IMG/VR virus record: IMGVR_UViG_2862413135_000001
Span: 234 to 64,233 of that record
Strand: one strand, 5' to 3'
From: a virus
Lineage: Duplodnaviria; Caudoviricetes
DNA length: 64,000 bases
Within the stretch, counting starts at the first letter, position 1. Each line of letters opens with the position of its first letter. Made by a program: the position numbers and the translations under genes. Shown here piece after piece: positions 18,566 through 27,573 of the stretch. The notes under the pieces are model-generated. The model was not told where the DNA came from and searched no databases. It was given only the letters and a program-made list of their open reading frames with translations.

Positions 18566-18895
18566 ATGGACGTCAAGGGCGTCATGGCCGCGATCAGCTT
18601 CGACGGCGACTGGGTCACCATCACGAAGAAGGAGCTCGGGCAGCAAGACCGGCACCACAGGATCAGCGTCCGGGACATCACGGGCACCACCTTCAAGCCG
18701 GGCAGCTGGCTCTTCCACGGCTACATTCAGCTCCTCGTGGCTGGCTCTCTACCGGCTTGCGAGACGAGGGGCTTCTTCGGCGGCAGGCCTCCGCGGTCGG
18801 ACCGCAACAGCCTGAGCATCTCGCACAAGCGCAACGACGAGGCCAAGAAGATCGTCGCTGCGATCGAAGAGGCCCGGGTCCGCCTCAGCCCGTGA
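18566..18895 (+). CDS. DUF4429-like protein, antisense insertion in virion operon
   Basis: ISFDGDWVTI..RISVRDITG..KPGSWLFHGYIQL; own RBS AAGGGGG. Confidence 0.7.
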   Translation: MDVKGVMAAISFDGDWVTITKKELGQQDRHHRISVRDITGTTFKPGSWLFHGYIQLLVAGSLPACETRGFFGGRPPRSDRNSLSISHKRNDEAKKIVAAIEEARVRLSP

Positions 18896-19247
18896 CCCGG
18901 TCGGCGGCGAACTGGATCGGGCCGCGCGTGCCGGTGAAGGGACTTCGGCCCCAGTCGCCGGGCTCGCCCGTGATGTTGCAGTCGACTCCCCTGATGCGGG
19001 CCCGGTCGGTGGTCCGCAGCTGCGCACCTGCGGGCGCGTACACGGTCCAGCCGACGATGACCGTGTCGCGGGCTTGCTGCTGGTCCCCGCCCACCTGCGG
19101 TGTCTCGGCCCGCGGGGTGACGACGCAGCCCTTCAGATCGAAGGACTCGTCCGGGCCGGGTAGCGGCTGCCCGCGGTTGTCACGGCCGGGCGAGGCGCCG
19201 GTGCGCAGGATCCGCACCGTTTCCCCGAACGGGTACGGGGCAGGCAC
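18885..19247 (-). CDS. head-to-tail stopper
   Basis: GETVRILR, DRARIRG, GEPGDW..PFTG. Confidence 0.75.
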   Translation of the reverse strand: MPAPYPFGETVRILRTGASPGRDNRGQPLPGPDESFDLKGCVVTPRAETPQVGGDQQQARDTVIVGWTVYAPAGAQLRTTDRARIRGVDCNITGEPGDWGRSPFTGTRGPIQFAADRVTG

Positions 19248-19664
19248 CTACACCCACCCCCAGCCCGGCTCGTACTCCAGCGGCGGCCCGTAGCCCTCGT
19301 CGACCGGCCAGGTCGGCGACGGGTCCGCCGTGGCCGGCGTCGGGTCGACGGTGAAGGCGCCGCCGCGGCCGGCCAGCGATTTCAGGGCCGTCTTGTCGGC
19401 CTTCGTCAGATACAGGCCGCCCGAGCCTTGCGGGCGCTGCACCGACATGGGGCCGATCGTCTCGTAGGACACCTGCTGCGGGTTGACGTAGCCGCGGCCG
19501 GCGACGGACAGGACGACCGCGGTCGCCTGATCCGGCAGCGGCTTGATCACGGTCTCGCACAGGGCGACCGCCTGGGTCAGCAGAAGGTCGGCCCGGTCCC
19601 CGTTGATCTCGGAGAGGTCCAGGAAGAGGCCGAGCTCCGCGGCAGTCGGGGGCACGAACACCAT
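19248..19664 (-). CDS. head-to-tail adaptor
   Basis: NPQQVSYETIGP...GGLYLTKADK. Confidence 0.75.
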   Translation of the reverse strand: MVFVPPTAAELGLFLDLSEINGDRADLLLTQAVALCETVIKPLPDQATAVVLSVAGRGYVNPQQVSYETIGPMSVQRPQGSGGLYLTKADKTALKSLAGRGGAFTVDPTPATADPSPTWPVDEGYGPPLEYEPGWGWV

Positions 19665-19674
19665 CTGCGCCTCC

Positions 19675-20694
19675 TCAGGCCAGAGACTCCACCGCGTCGC
19701 ACCAAGCAGCCAGATCAGGCGCGGGATCCAGCTCGGCAGACCGCGACCTCGCCCGCTTCGCGGCCAGCCGGTACTCGGCACGGTCTGTCAGCAACCTGCG
19801 GATCACGGTCTCGTAGCCGTCGACGTCGTGCAGGTCGACGAACACCCCCGCCTCGGAAAGGGCCTCGCACAGCCCCGGGGTGGGGTGCGCGATCACCGGA
19901 ATGCCCGAGGCGAGCGCCTCCACCCCGGCCCGGCCCCACGACTCGTAGGAGGACGGCATCAGCAGCACCTTCGTGCGGCTGTACACCGCGTCCCGCATCT
20001 CGTGGCCGCACATGTGGTCGATGACCTCGACGTTGGGCAGGTCCGGGACGATCTGCTCGCCGTAGGCGCCGACGACCGCCAGGAACTCGACGTCGGGCAT
20101 GCGGCGGGCCAGCTTCCCGAAGAGCTCGCCGCCCTTCTCCGCATTCAGGTTGATCAGCGTCACCTTGTTGCCGGGCTTCGTCCGGTACTCGTCGGCGAAG
20201 ACCGGCGGCCGGACGATGACCTCCCGCCCGGGCCGGACGCCCCTGGGGTACTCGGCGAAGAACAGCTCGGCCTCCCTCGCCATCCACTGCGAGTTGTAGA
20301 CCGCGAGTGCCGTGTCCCCGGCCGCCATCTGCCGGAACGACGGGAGGTGCGTGTTGTGGCAGACGACCGCCAGCGGCTTGCCGTATCCGCGGGCCAGCGC
20401 GCCGGCCGACGGGACGTTCTCCAGGTGGGAGACGACCACGTCCGCCTTGCGGATCGCGGTGGCGGCGTCCAGCCGGGTCTGCAGCGGCACCACTTGAACG
20501 CCGTCGAGGTCGTACTCGGCACGGTCGTCGGTGTAGCGGGACAGCCACACCGACACGTCGTGACCGCGCTCGACGAGGGCCCGCAACATGCTGTGGACCA
20601 TCCACTCGGCGCCGGCGTTGTGGCGGGGCGGGTAGCCGTGCAGCCGGGCGACGACCCGCATCGGCGCCCGACCGCCCTCCCCGCCCGACGTCAC
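19675..20694 (-). CDS. glycosyltransferase family 4 (GT-B)
   Basis: GAEWMVH..LVERGHDV, KGG, LMPSSYESWGRAGVEALASGIPVI (E-X7-E); GTGA overlap with capsid stop. Confidence 0.9.
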   Translation of the reverse strand: MTSGGEGGRAPMRVVARLHGYPPRHNAGAEWMVHSMLRALVERGHDVSVWLSRYTDDRAEYDLDGVQVVPLQTRLDAATAIRKADVVVSHLENVPSAGALARGYGKPLAVVCHNTHLPSFRQMAAGDTALAVYNSQWMAREAELFFAEYPRGVRPGREVIVRPPVFADEYRTKPGNKVTLINLNAEKGGELFGKLARRMPDVEFLAVVGAYGEQIVPDLPNVEVIDHMCGHEMRDAVYSRTKVLLMPSSYESWGRAGVEALASGIPVIAHPTPGLCEALSEAGVFVDLHDVDGYETVIRRLLTDRAEYRLAAKRARSRSAELDPAPDLAAWCDAVESLA

Positions 20695-21647
20695 GAGCTG
20701 CCGCCCGCCGCCAGGTACTTGACGAACGCCTCCTCGTCGCCGAGGACGAACCCGTAGTACGCCTCCGCCAGGAGGAGCACCAGGTTCTCCTGGAACGCGG
20801 AGTGGACGCCGCCGTCCTCGTCGATGTACGTGGCCTCGTTGCTGACGCGGATGTTGATCTCCATTCCGACGCCATACGCCGTCTGGGACCAGTCACCGCC
20901 AATTCCTCGAAGGCCGGTGTCGACGGTGCCGGACTGGCGGCGCAGCTTCCCGGACACGGCACGCGAGTAGGCGACAGGCTCGCCGATGAGCGAGCCGGCG
21001 AGGGCTGCTCCGGTACCGGGCTGGGTGGTGTCGACCAGGATCGGCCGCCCGGTGGTGTCCGTGGCGCCGAGCAGGCTGGGCTTCATCCGGTAGTCGAGGA
21101 CGGTCCCGGTGTAGTCCCAGTCGTCGTCGATGATCTCCTTCTGACCCTTGACCAGGTCTCCCCAGATGCCGCCGTTGGCCTGCGTGGTCCCGCCAATGGC
21201 GACGCTCTTGCTCGTGGCGGCCAGGTAGTCCGGGAAGGGGCCGGTGGCGCCCTTCATGGTCTTGCCGTGGATCGTGGCCCGGTCGAAGGCTCGGGCGAAC
21301 GCGGTCGGCAGATCGCGCTCCAGCTGCGCCCAGAGACCGGCGGCATTGGAGCGCACGACCTCCATGGCGGCGGGGATCAAGACGGCGATCTTCTTGCCGC
21401 TCATCGTCTTGACGTCCACGCCGCCGGTGCCCAGCGGCTTGCGTCCGGCCTGCTCGACCCAGTCGGCGGTCGGCACGTCGAGCGGCACCGGGATCGCCGT
21501 GTTGGCGGTCATGGACAACGGGACCCGGTTCGACAGCGCCATGACCGCCGACTGCTCGGTGGACTTGGCGAAGATCGGCCCAATGAGCTCGGGCGGCAGG
21601 AAGACGGAGTTCAGGTCGGAAGTCTTGATCGGGTTCGTGTGAGCCAT
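20691..21647 (-). CDS. major capsid protein (HK97 fold)
   Basis: ADWVEQAGRKP, KKIAVLIP, GDWSQ..G, SAFQENLV; ends GGSS. Confidence 0.92.
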   Translation of the reverse strand: MAHTNPIKTSDLNSVFLPPELIGPIFAKSTEQSAVMALSNRVPLSMTANTAIPVPLDVPTADWVEQAGRKPLGTGGVDVKTMSGKKIAVLIPAAMEVVRSNAAGLWAQLERDLPTAFARAFDRATIHGKTMKGATGPFPDYLAATSKSVAIGGTTQANGGIWGDLVKGQKEIIDDDWDYTGTVLDYRMKPSLLGATDTTGRPILVDTTQPGTGAALAGSLIGEPVAYSRAVSGKLRRQSGTVDTGLRGIGGDWSQTAYGVGMEINIRVSNEATYIDEDGGVHSAFQENLVLLLAEAYYGFVLGDEEAFVKYLAAGGSS

Positions 21648-21662
21648 CGGGGGCTACCTCTC

Positions 21663-22253
21663 TCAGCGGCCCTCAAGGGCCTTCTGCATGAGCCCGGCGA
21701 ACACTTCGCCGCGACTGTTGGGGGTTCGGTTGCCGTTGCCCGAGGACCCCTGCGTGCGGTCCGGAGCCGGACGCCGCGGGGAGTTGTCGGCAGGCTTCGC
21801 GAGGTGCGGCTTGCGCTTGAGCAGGTCGTCAAGGCTGGCGCGGATACCGTCGGCGTCGATCTCGCCGTCGGCGTCGACGAAGGAGTCAAGGTCGAGGAAG
21901 GCGTGCGCGTCGTCCGGGTCGGCGAACCCGGCGGCCGCCAGAGCCCGCACCTCCGAGCGCACGGCGCGCGCTTGGGCTGCCTTCACGCGCTCCTGAACGG
22001 CGGTGAGCTGCTCGGTGAGCCGCTCCTGCTCCGACTTCTGCGCGTCCTCGAGTTCCTGCGCCTTCCTGGCCAAGGGTTCCAGCTCGCCGGCCTTCGTGCG
22101 GTACTTGGCCGCCTCCCGGCGCAGCTTCTCGATCTCCTTGCGCGCTGCATCCGGATCGGCCCACGGGTCCGTCTTCGCCTGCTCCGCCTCCAGGGCGGTG
22201 GTGGGCTCCTGCGGCTCCGTCTCGACCTGCTCGGTCTCCTCGTTTTCGGGCAT
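21663..22253 (-). CDS. capsid scaffolding protein
   Basis: Acidic N-terminus, IEKLRREAAKYR coiled coil, KPHLAK. Confidence 0.85.
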   Translation of the reverse strand: MPENEETEQVETEPQEPTTALEAEQAKTDPWADPDAARKEIEKLRREAAKYRTKAGELEPLARKAQELEDAQKSEQERLTEQLTAVQERVKAAQARAVRSEVRALAAAGFADPDDAHAFLDLDSFVDADGEIDADGIRASLDDLLKRKPHLAKPADNSPRRPAPDRTQGSSGNGNRTPNSRGEVFAGLMQKALEGR

Positions 22254-22262
22254 GGTGAAGTC

Positions 22263-22301
22263 GCCCTCCAGGGGCTGAGAGAGGCCGCCACCAGGGCGGC
22301 C
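22263..22301 (-). promoter_or_regulatory. two CUGG(A/U)-loop RNA hairpins in scaffold leader
   Basis: GGCCGCC-CTGGT-GGCGGCC and GCCC-CTGGA-GGGC (contains SD). Confidence 0.55.
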
Positions 22302-22312
22302 GTAGGGGTCGG

Positions 22313-23092
22313 TCAGTACGAGCCCGGCAGCGGATTGCTGTCGTGCTCCGCCAGCGCCAGCCGGAACCGGCGGAGCTGGTCTCCCGGGTGAGGCGCCGCG
22401 AACTCGCGATAGATGCGCTCCCACTCCCGGGCGTGGTCGGACAGCTCGAACCGCTGCCCCTTGAACACCGGGATCACGCCGCAGTGACAGCCGTCGTGAG
22501 CCCGGAAATCTGCCGTCTCCCGCTTGTAGACCGCGCCGCGAGAGGCCAAGAGTTTGCAGAACGCGCACGCGCCGCGAGCCGCGGATCGCGCCCACGCTGT
22601 CGCCTGCCGGTCCTGCCGCACCGCCTCCTGGACGGTGCCGCGGCCCGTGTCCGTGACCAATTTCTGCGCCACCTGCTCGGCCTTCTTCTCGGCCTGCGCC
22701 AGCCGCACATCGATCGGCTCCAACTGCGCTGCCGTCGTCGCCGGATCCTCCGGGTCACGCGGCCATAGATCCTTCGTCGCCCAGCGCAGCGACGCCTCCG
22801 TCTGCTCACCCGGTGGCGGATCAGCGACCGGCACCGTAAACGGGCCCGGAACGCCGGCCGCCTCCCGCTGGGCGTCGTAGAAATCCGCCGCCAGCGCTGA
22901 CGACGTCCGCGAGTACTGGGCGATGACCGTGTCCATCGCCGTAATCCAGTCCGGGACCGATTCCCGCAACCTGGACGGCAGGATCAGACGCCGCAGACCT
23001 CGCACCTCCCGGATCAGGATGCGGGTCAGCCCGATGCGCGCCGCGCGATACCGGTCGGCGTCGCCGCCGCTATCCGAGACCGCTGCCGCCAC
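22313..23092 (-). CDS. MuF-like minor capsid / head morphogenesis protein
   Basis: ACAFCKLLASRG, HDGCHC; position between portal and scaffold. Confidence 0.78.
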   Translation of the reverse strand: MAAAVSDSGGDADRYRAARIGLTRILIREVRGLRRLILPSRLRESVPDWITAMDTVIAQYSRTSSALAADFYDAQREAAGVPGPFTVPVADPPPGEQTEASLRWATKDLWPRDPEDPATTAAQLEPIDVRLAQAEKKAEQVAQKLVTDTGRGTVQEAVRQDRQATAWARSAARGACAFCKLLASRGAVYKRETADFRAHDGCHCGVIPVFKGQRFELSDHAREWERIYREFAAPHPGDQLRRFRLALAEHDSNPLPGSY

Positions 23093-24518
23093 CGGTCACC
23101 TCCGCCACAGCGGGCACCGCCTGCGTCGCGCCCAGCGCGGCCAACCGATCCATCAACTGGCCGCCGGACGCGGCTGCCGCGCTACGGCGCCGCTCGGCGG
23201 CCACCCGGCGTCGCTGATCCTCCGACAGCCCCGCCATCTCCAGGACGACATCGCCGTCGGCCGGCAGGATGCCCGCCTGGACCATCTTCACCGCGGCGTC
23301 GGTCTGCGCGGCGATCGTCGGCGTGGCCGGGTTGCGGAACACGCACTCGATGCGCCGCTCCTTCGGCGGCGGCTCACCGTCGCGGAACCACAGAGCGAGC
23401 CGCATCGCGTCCCGGTGCGTCGCCGAGAAGCGGCGGACGCGCCGCTCGGCCTTCTTCACCAGCGCGCCCTCAGCGGAGCGGATCGCGTCCGCACTGGCCG
23501 GGTTGTCGCTGGTGTAGCCGAGCATGTGGGGCGGCACCGACAACTGCGACGACATGATCCGCGCGTACAAGTCGATGATCTTCGTCATCCCGGACGGGTC
23601 GTGCGCGGCGAAGGCACCCACCGTCGGCACCTGGCCATCCTCATCCCGCTCCAGCGCCAGAACGCGACCGATGTACGTCTCCCACGCCGACTTGGCGTTG
23701 CCCTCCGCGTCCTGGAACGCGGACTCGGAGGCGCCGAGAATGTAGCGCTGCGGCGCGCCGAAGAACTCCGCCTGCACCTCGATGCCCATCAGCCGCCGGC
23801 ACGCCGCATCCGTGATGCTCATGACCTCGGGCGTGATCTCCGACCGGCCGACACGGTCCGCCGTGCGCTGCCGGTTCGCCATCCGCAGCACCGGCGGCAT
23901 CCCCAGATTGTGAACGTCCCGGTCGATGACCTCCCAGCCGCCGTCGACCTCCACCGCGAACACCGTCTGATCCGGCAGATACAGCGTCGCCAGCCGGTCC
24001 TCCGGCGCCAGCCCGTAATCCAGGCGGTCGCCCTGGCACTCCCGCAGCGCCGACGTCGCCATCCGCAGCCGGGCATCCCAGAACAGGGTCATGTCCAGCG
24101 GCGACTCGAACGTCACCAGCGGCGGGTCATCGCCCTCGCCGGAGCCCACCGAGACGTACTCGCGCCCGTAGGTCAGGGCGTCGAGGTGTGCCAGGCTGGC
24201 CTCGTCGAACCAGTCGTTGGCCTCGGCGATCTCCGTCAGCGCGGTGGCGTCAGAGCCGTCCGCCCAGCGGAACGCCTCCAGATCCAGACGCTGCTCCAGC
24301 GCCTCCACGCCGATCCGCGGCCAGCCGATCACCGTGTGCAGGCCCTTGAGCTGCGGCGGAATGCTGATGCCGAGATCCCGGACGATCTGCTCGCCGTTGA
24401 AGTAGGCGTCCAGAAGCTCCAGCTTGAACCGCTGCGTCAGCAGATCCGACCGCAGTGCCGTCAGCAGCTGCACCTCGTCGTCCGACAACGTCAACAGAGG
24501 CAGCTCGGGAATGGTCAT
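23070..24518 (-). CDS. portal protein (SPP1 gp6-like)
   Basis: GWPRIGVEALEQRL, GRSEI, PQRYILG, NPASADAIR. Confidence 0.92.
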   Translation of the reverse strand: MTIPELPLLTLSDDEVQLLTALRSDLLTQRFKLELLDAYFNGEQIVRDLGISIPPQLKGLHTVIGWPRIGVEALEQRLDLEAFRWADGSDATALTEIAEANDWFDEASLAHLDALTYGREYVSVGSGEGDDPPLVTFESPLDMTLFWDARLRMATSALRECQGDRLDYGLAPEDRLATLYLPDQTVFAVEVDGGWEVIDRDVHNLGMPPVLRMANRQRTADRVGRSEITPEVMSITDAACRRLMGIEVQAEFFGAPQRYILGASESAFQDAEGNAKSAWETYIGRVLALERDEDGQVPTVGAFAAHDPSGMTKIIDLYARIMSSQLSVPPHMLGYTSDNPASADAIRSAEGALVKKAERRVRRFSATHRDAMRLALWFRDGEPPPKERRIECVFRNPATPTIAAQTDAAVKMVQAGILPADGDVVLEMAGLSEDQRRRVAAERRRSAAAASGGQLMDRLAALGATQAVPAVAEVTGGGSGLG

Positions 24519-24520
24519 GC

Positions 24521-26260
24521 TCACCGGAGGACCACCACCCTTCCCTTGCCGCGGACCGTCGACCGCTTCACCCACGCCGGAGAGTTCATGACCATGCGGC
24601 GCAGCATCCGCGCCCCGATCGCGCACACCGCCAAGTCGACTTTCCGGGCCGACTCACGATGCTCCTTGCCGATCGTGTAGCCCCAGGCGTTCGTGCGACG
24701 CCGGGCGTTCGCCACGTGCTGCCGCAGCAGCTTGTGGCCGTCGTGCGTGAGCTGCCGCTCCAGTACGTCCCGGTAGAAGCGGTCCACGGCCTCCGTGAAC
24801 GTCTGCTGGCGGCGCCGGTCACGCATGTCCCACATCACCGCGTGCTGCCCGTGACCCGAGCTCACAGCCTTGAGCTTCAGCCGCTTGCCGTAGCGCTGGG
24901 CCCACGCGTCGATGTAGCCGTCCCAGTAGCGCTCGCCGTCCGCGTCATCGTGGCCGGCGCCCGGGTCGGCGAAGAACGCCAGCGGCTTGTACAGCGCGAA
25001 CACGCGCTCCACGACGCCGTCGACTTCCTCGCGCGGCACCCGCCACGGCGTGCCCTCGGGCCAGTTCGCCGGCTTCTGCCACACCCCGAGCGTCTTCACG
25101 AACCCGTCCGAGAGGCGGCAGCCCACCAGGCCCGTCGCGTCGTCGGACTTCGAGCCGTCGAAGAACAGCACCAGCTCGTCGCCGTCGGCCAAGTCGATGC
25201 CCTGATGGCAGGCGTCCCACTCATAGGGGGCCAGGAAAGCATCCTCGGCGGCCACGATCTGGTTGAACCAGAACCGGCGGCTACGGCTGGGGGGGTTGCG
25301 CACGTCGAGGATCGACGCCTTCAGCCGCTCGATGTCCAGCCACGTCGAATCCCCGCGCACGGCGCGCAGCGTCGGCTCGATCCACTCCTCGACCAGCTTC
25401 GCCTCGGCCGGAGCCTCCAGGCTGTCGTAGAACAAGCCCGTGTCGGCCGCCCGGCCGGCCGCCGCCGACTCGAACGCCTCCCGCGTCCGCTCCGCCACCG
25501 AGTCCTCGCCGGGCTCGAAGGCGTTCGTGTTCGCCAGCGTCCGGGCCTGCCCGTCAGCCGACTTGGTGGCGTTCCGCTCGATGACGGCTGCCATCTCGTG
25601 GCCCTGGTTCGACTCCACCCAGTGGTGGGTCTCCCCCAGGTTGACGGCTGTCGGCCGCCCGCCTTCGAGAGCGCGCGGCGACGAGGTGACGGCCTCGATG
25701 CGGGCCCGACCCTTGTCGGCGTAGATGATCTCCTTGCCGAGGTCGATGCGGAACTCCTCGATCGCCCGCTTCGACAGGATCGACGGGAACAGCGTCATCG
25801 TGTTCCGCGTCTGGTCCTGCGATACCGCGGCGATCTGCACCCACGCCGCTGGATGCTGCGCCCCGAGGGGCTGGCCGGCCGGGACGCCCCAGGGGTTACC
25901 GTCGTCGGCGACTCCGAAGAAGCGGCACGGGCCGACGAACTCGAACGCCGACCACGTCGCGATCAACGGATCCTTGCCCCAGCCCTTCAAGCGCTGGATC
26001 ACGCCGTCCCGCCACAGGAACCGGTTCGTCGCCGGGTCCATCGCGTACCACCACAGCGTCAGCCGAGCCTGCTCCGGGGTGTACTGCCACGGCTTACCGG
26101 CGTAGTGCTGCAGATACGTCGCCGTCCACGCCAGGCACTGCCAGCCGAGGGTGTACTCCGGCAGAACGAACCGGCCGTCCGGGCCGCGCTTCCACGTCGG
26201 CCCGATCGTGAACGGCTCGATGACGGCGGGGACTTCTTCGTCAGCCACCCGCGAGGTCAC
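24521..26260 (-). CDS. terminase large subunit
   Basis: RLKGWGKDP Walker A, AAVSQDQT, GETHHW, FDGSKSDDAT nuclease motif, KVDLAV. Confidence 0.95.
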   Translation of the reverse strand: MTSRVADEEVPAVIEPFTIGPTWKRGPDGRFVLPEYTLGWQCLAWTATYLQHYAGKPWQYTPEQARLTLWWYAMDPATNRFLWRDGVIQRLKGWGKDPLIATWSAFEFVGPCRFFGVADDGNPWGVPAGQPLGAQHPAAWVQIAAVSQDQTRNTMTLFPSILSKRAIEEFRIDLGKEIIYADKGRARIEAVTSSPRALEGGRPTAVNLGETHHWVESNQGHEMAAVIERNATKSADGQARTLANTNAFEPGEDSVAERTREAFESAAAGRAADTGLFYDSLEAPAEAKLVEEWIEPTLRAVRGDSTWLDIERLKASILDVRNPPSRSRRFWFNQIVAAEDAFLAPYEWDACHQGIDLADGDELVLFFDGSKSDDATGLVGCRLSDGFVKTLGVWQKPANWPEGTPWRVPREEVDGVVERVFALYKPLAFFADPGAGHDDADGERYWDGYIDAWAQRYGKRLKLKAVSSGHGQHAVMWDMRDRRRQQTFTEAVDRFYRDVLERQLTHDGHKLLRQHVANARRRTNAWGYTIGKEHRESARKVDLAVCAIGARMLRRMVMNSPAWVKRSTVRGKGRVVVLR

Positions 26261-26675
26261 GGTAGGCGTCCAGCGGCCTCACCGAAGCAAGCTGCGGACT
26301 GGACGGCTTGCGCTCGAGCTCGATCCGCGCCCGGCGCCGGTCCCCCTCGGTGGTGAGGAGGCGGGCCATGACGCTGTCGAGGGCGCTGACGTACTGGCCG
26401 TTCGGCGGCCGGTCCGAGGACAGGCCCCGGGACATCAGCTCCGCCGCGTACCGGGCCATCGCCCAGTCCGACGGCTGATAGAAGACGGCCTGGCCGGACT
26501 CCTGCAGCGACAGGTACCAGTCGGCGGCGATCGGATGCCACAGCGGATCAGGCTCGGGCAGGTCCGGCAGGTCAGTCGGCGGGCCGGCCGGGGCCTGGGT
26601 CAGCTTCGGCCCGTCGTCCTTGTTGCGGCGCCGGCGCTCCTCGCTGCGCTTCGGGATAGGTCCGTGTGCGCCCAT
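26241..26675 (-). CDS. terminase small subunit
   Basis: GPIPKRSEERRRRN, WHPIA..WY, LLTTEGDRRRARIE. Confidence 0.88.
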   Translation of the reverse strand: MGAHGPIPKRSEERRRRNKDDGPKLTQAPAGPPTDLPDLPEPDPLWHPIAADWYLSLQESGQAVFYQPSDWAMARYAAELMSRGLSSDRPPNGQYVSALDSVMARLLTTEGDRRRARIELERKPSSPQLASVRPLDAYRDLAGG

Positions 26676-26678
26676 GTC

Positions 26679-26754
26679 GACCTCCAGGGTCAGGCGCGCC
26701 ACCAGGGCGCGGGGGGCAGGTGAGATGCGCCGGCCGGGCCCGCCACCAGGGCGG
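26679..26754 (-). promoter_or_regulatory. three CUGG(A/U)-loop RNA hairpins in terS leader
   Basis: CCGCC-CTGGT-GGCGG, CGCGCC-CTGGT-GGCGCG, GACC-CTGGA-GGTC (contains SD). Confidence 0.55.
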
Positions 26755-26794
26755 ACCTTGATCGCGCGGCGCGTTATTGCAGGCCGGAGGCCTA

Positions 26795-26919
26795 GGGAAC
26801 CCGTACAGATTTTCAGGTGCTATACGGTCCCGATCCCAAAAAGATCATGATCAAGGTAACCCCCCCAGGTGATCATGGTCATGATGATCATGGATTTCCT
26901 GATCATCTAACCTTGATCA
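26795..26919. other. probable packaging (cos) region with TGATCA repeats
   Basis: AT-richer gap between HNH cluster and terS; C7 run at 26860-26866; TGATCA at 26848, 26870, 26885, 26900, 26914. Confidence 0.55.
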
Positions 26920-27086
26920 ACCTGAGCTTCGTGGGTCCAAGCGTGAGCCCACAGCTCGGTCAGGTCGGGTTCGAGGCTGATCGTCTGCTGGTGATCGCTC
27001 ACGCGTGCAAGCTCAGCTCGCACCGCGATCGGTACGACGACGTCGCACTCGGGACACTGGACGTGCAGCGTGCAGGTGCCTGCCAT
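26907..27086 (-). CDS. small hypothetical protein (CxxC)
   Basis: MAGTCTLHVQCPECDVVV...; RBS AGGAGG; 59 aa, below ORF-track cutoff. Confidence 0.55.
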   Translation of the reverse strand: MAGTCTLHVQCPECDVVVPIAVRAELARVSDHQQTISLEPDLTELWAHAWTHEAQVDQG

Positions 27087-27116
27087 GCCTGCCTCCTGGG
27101 TGCCGCGTCCGGCTGC

Positions 27117-27362
27117 CTACCTGCTCCGCCTGCCCACGTTGGCCCTGCTGCCCGTGCCCACCCCGGTGTTGCGGATGTGGAGGAGCTGGCAGTAGCCCTT
27201 GGCCCTGGCTCCCATGTACTTGTGCAGCTGGCGTGTACACCTGGTCCAGTCGCCTGGCGTGTTCCACCTGATCTTGGCTCCGCCGGCTCCGGTACTCCAG
27301 TACCTGCGCAGCGTTGCGGCGTTGCCTCGCTGGCTGCGGCTTCCTCGTCCTCGTGCTGCCAC
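27117..27362 (-). CDS. small basic phage protein
   Basis: LRRYWSTGAGGAKIRWNTPGDWTRC...GYCQLLH. Confidence 0.7.
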   Translation of the reverse strand: MAARGRGSRSQRGNAATLRRYWSTGAGGAKIRWNTPGDWTRCTRQLHKYMGARAKGYCQLLHIRNTGVGTGSRANVGRRSR

Positions 27363-27367
27363 AGTGA

Positions 27368-27571
27368 TCACCCTTCCTGCGGCGCGGGCTCCTGGGTGTC
27401 GTCTACCCGCTGGATGGACGCCCCTTGCCCGCAGGGGATGGCCACGCATACGCCGTCCGCATCGGAGAGGATCGCCCAGCCTGCCTCGAAGTGGAGGGCG
27501 AGGGCTGAGTCTTCGATGAGGACGTCGTCCCGCTTCTGATCGCGGGGGTGGACGATGAGGTAGGCGGGCAC
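27368..27571 (-). CDS. hypothetical protein
   Basis: VPAYLIVHPR...; RBS GAGG. Confidence 0.6.
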   Translation of the reverse strand: MPAYLIVHPRDQKRDDVLIEDSALALHFEAGWAILSDADGVCVAIPCGQGASIQRVDDTQEPAPQEG

Positions 27572-27573
27572 GG

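Noticed and set aside
20307-26356. Long plus-strand ORFs (20307-22391, 22923-24680, 24455-26356; likewise 35361-37154, 51129-53228)
   Set aside because: Arg/Pro/Gly-rich antisense shadows of well-supported minus-strand genes, expected in high-GC DNA.
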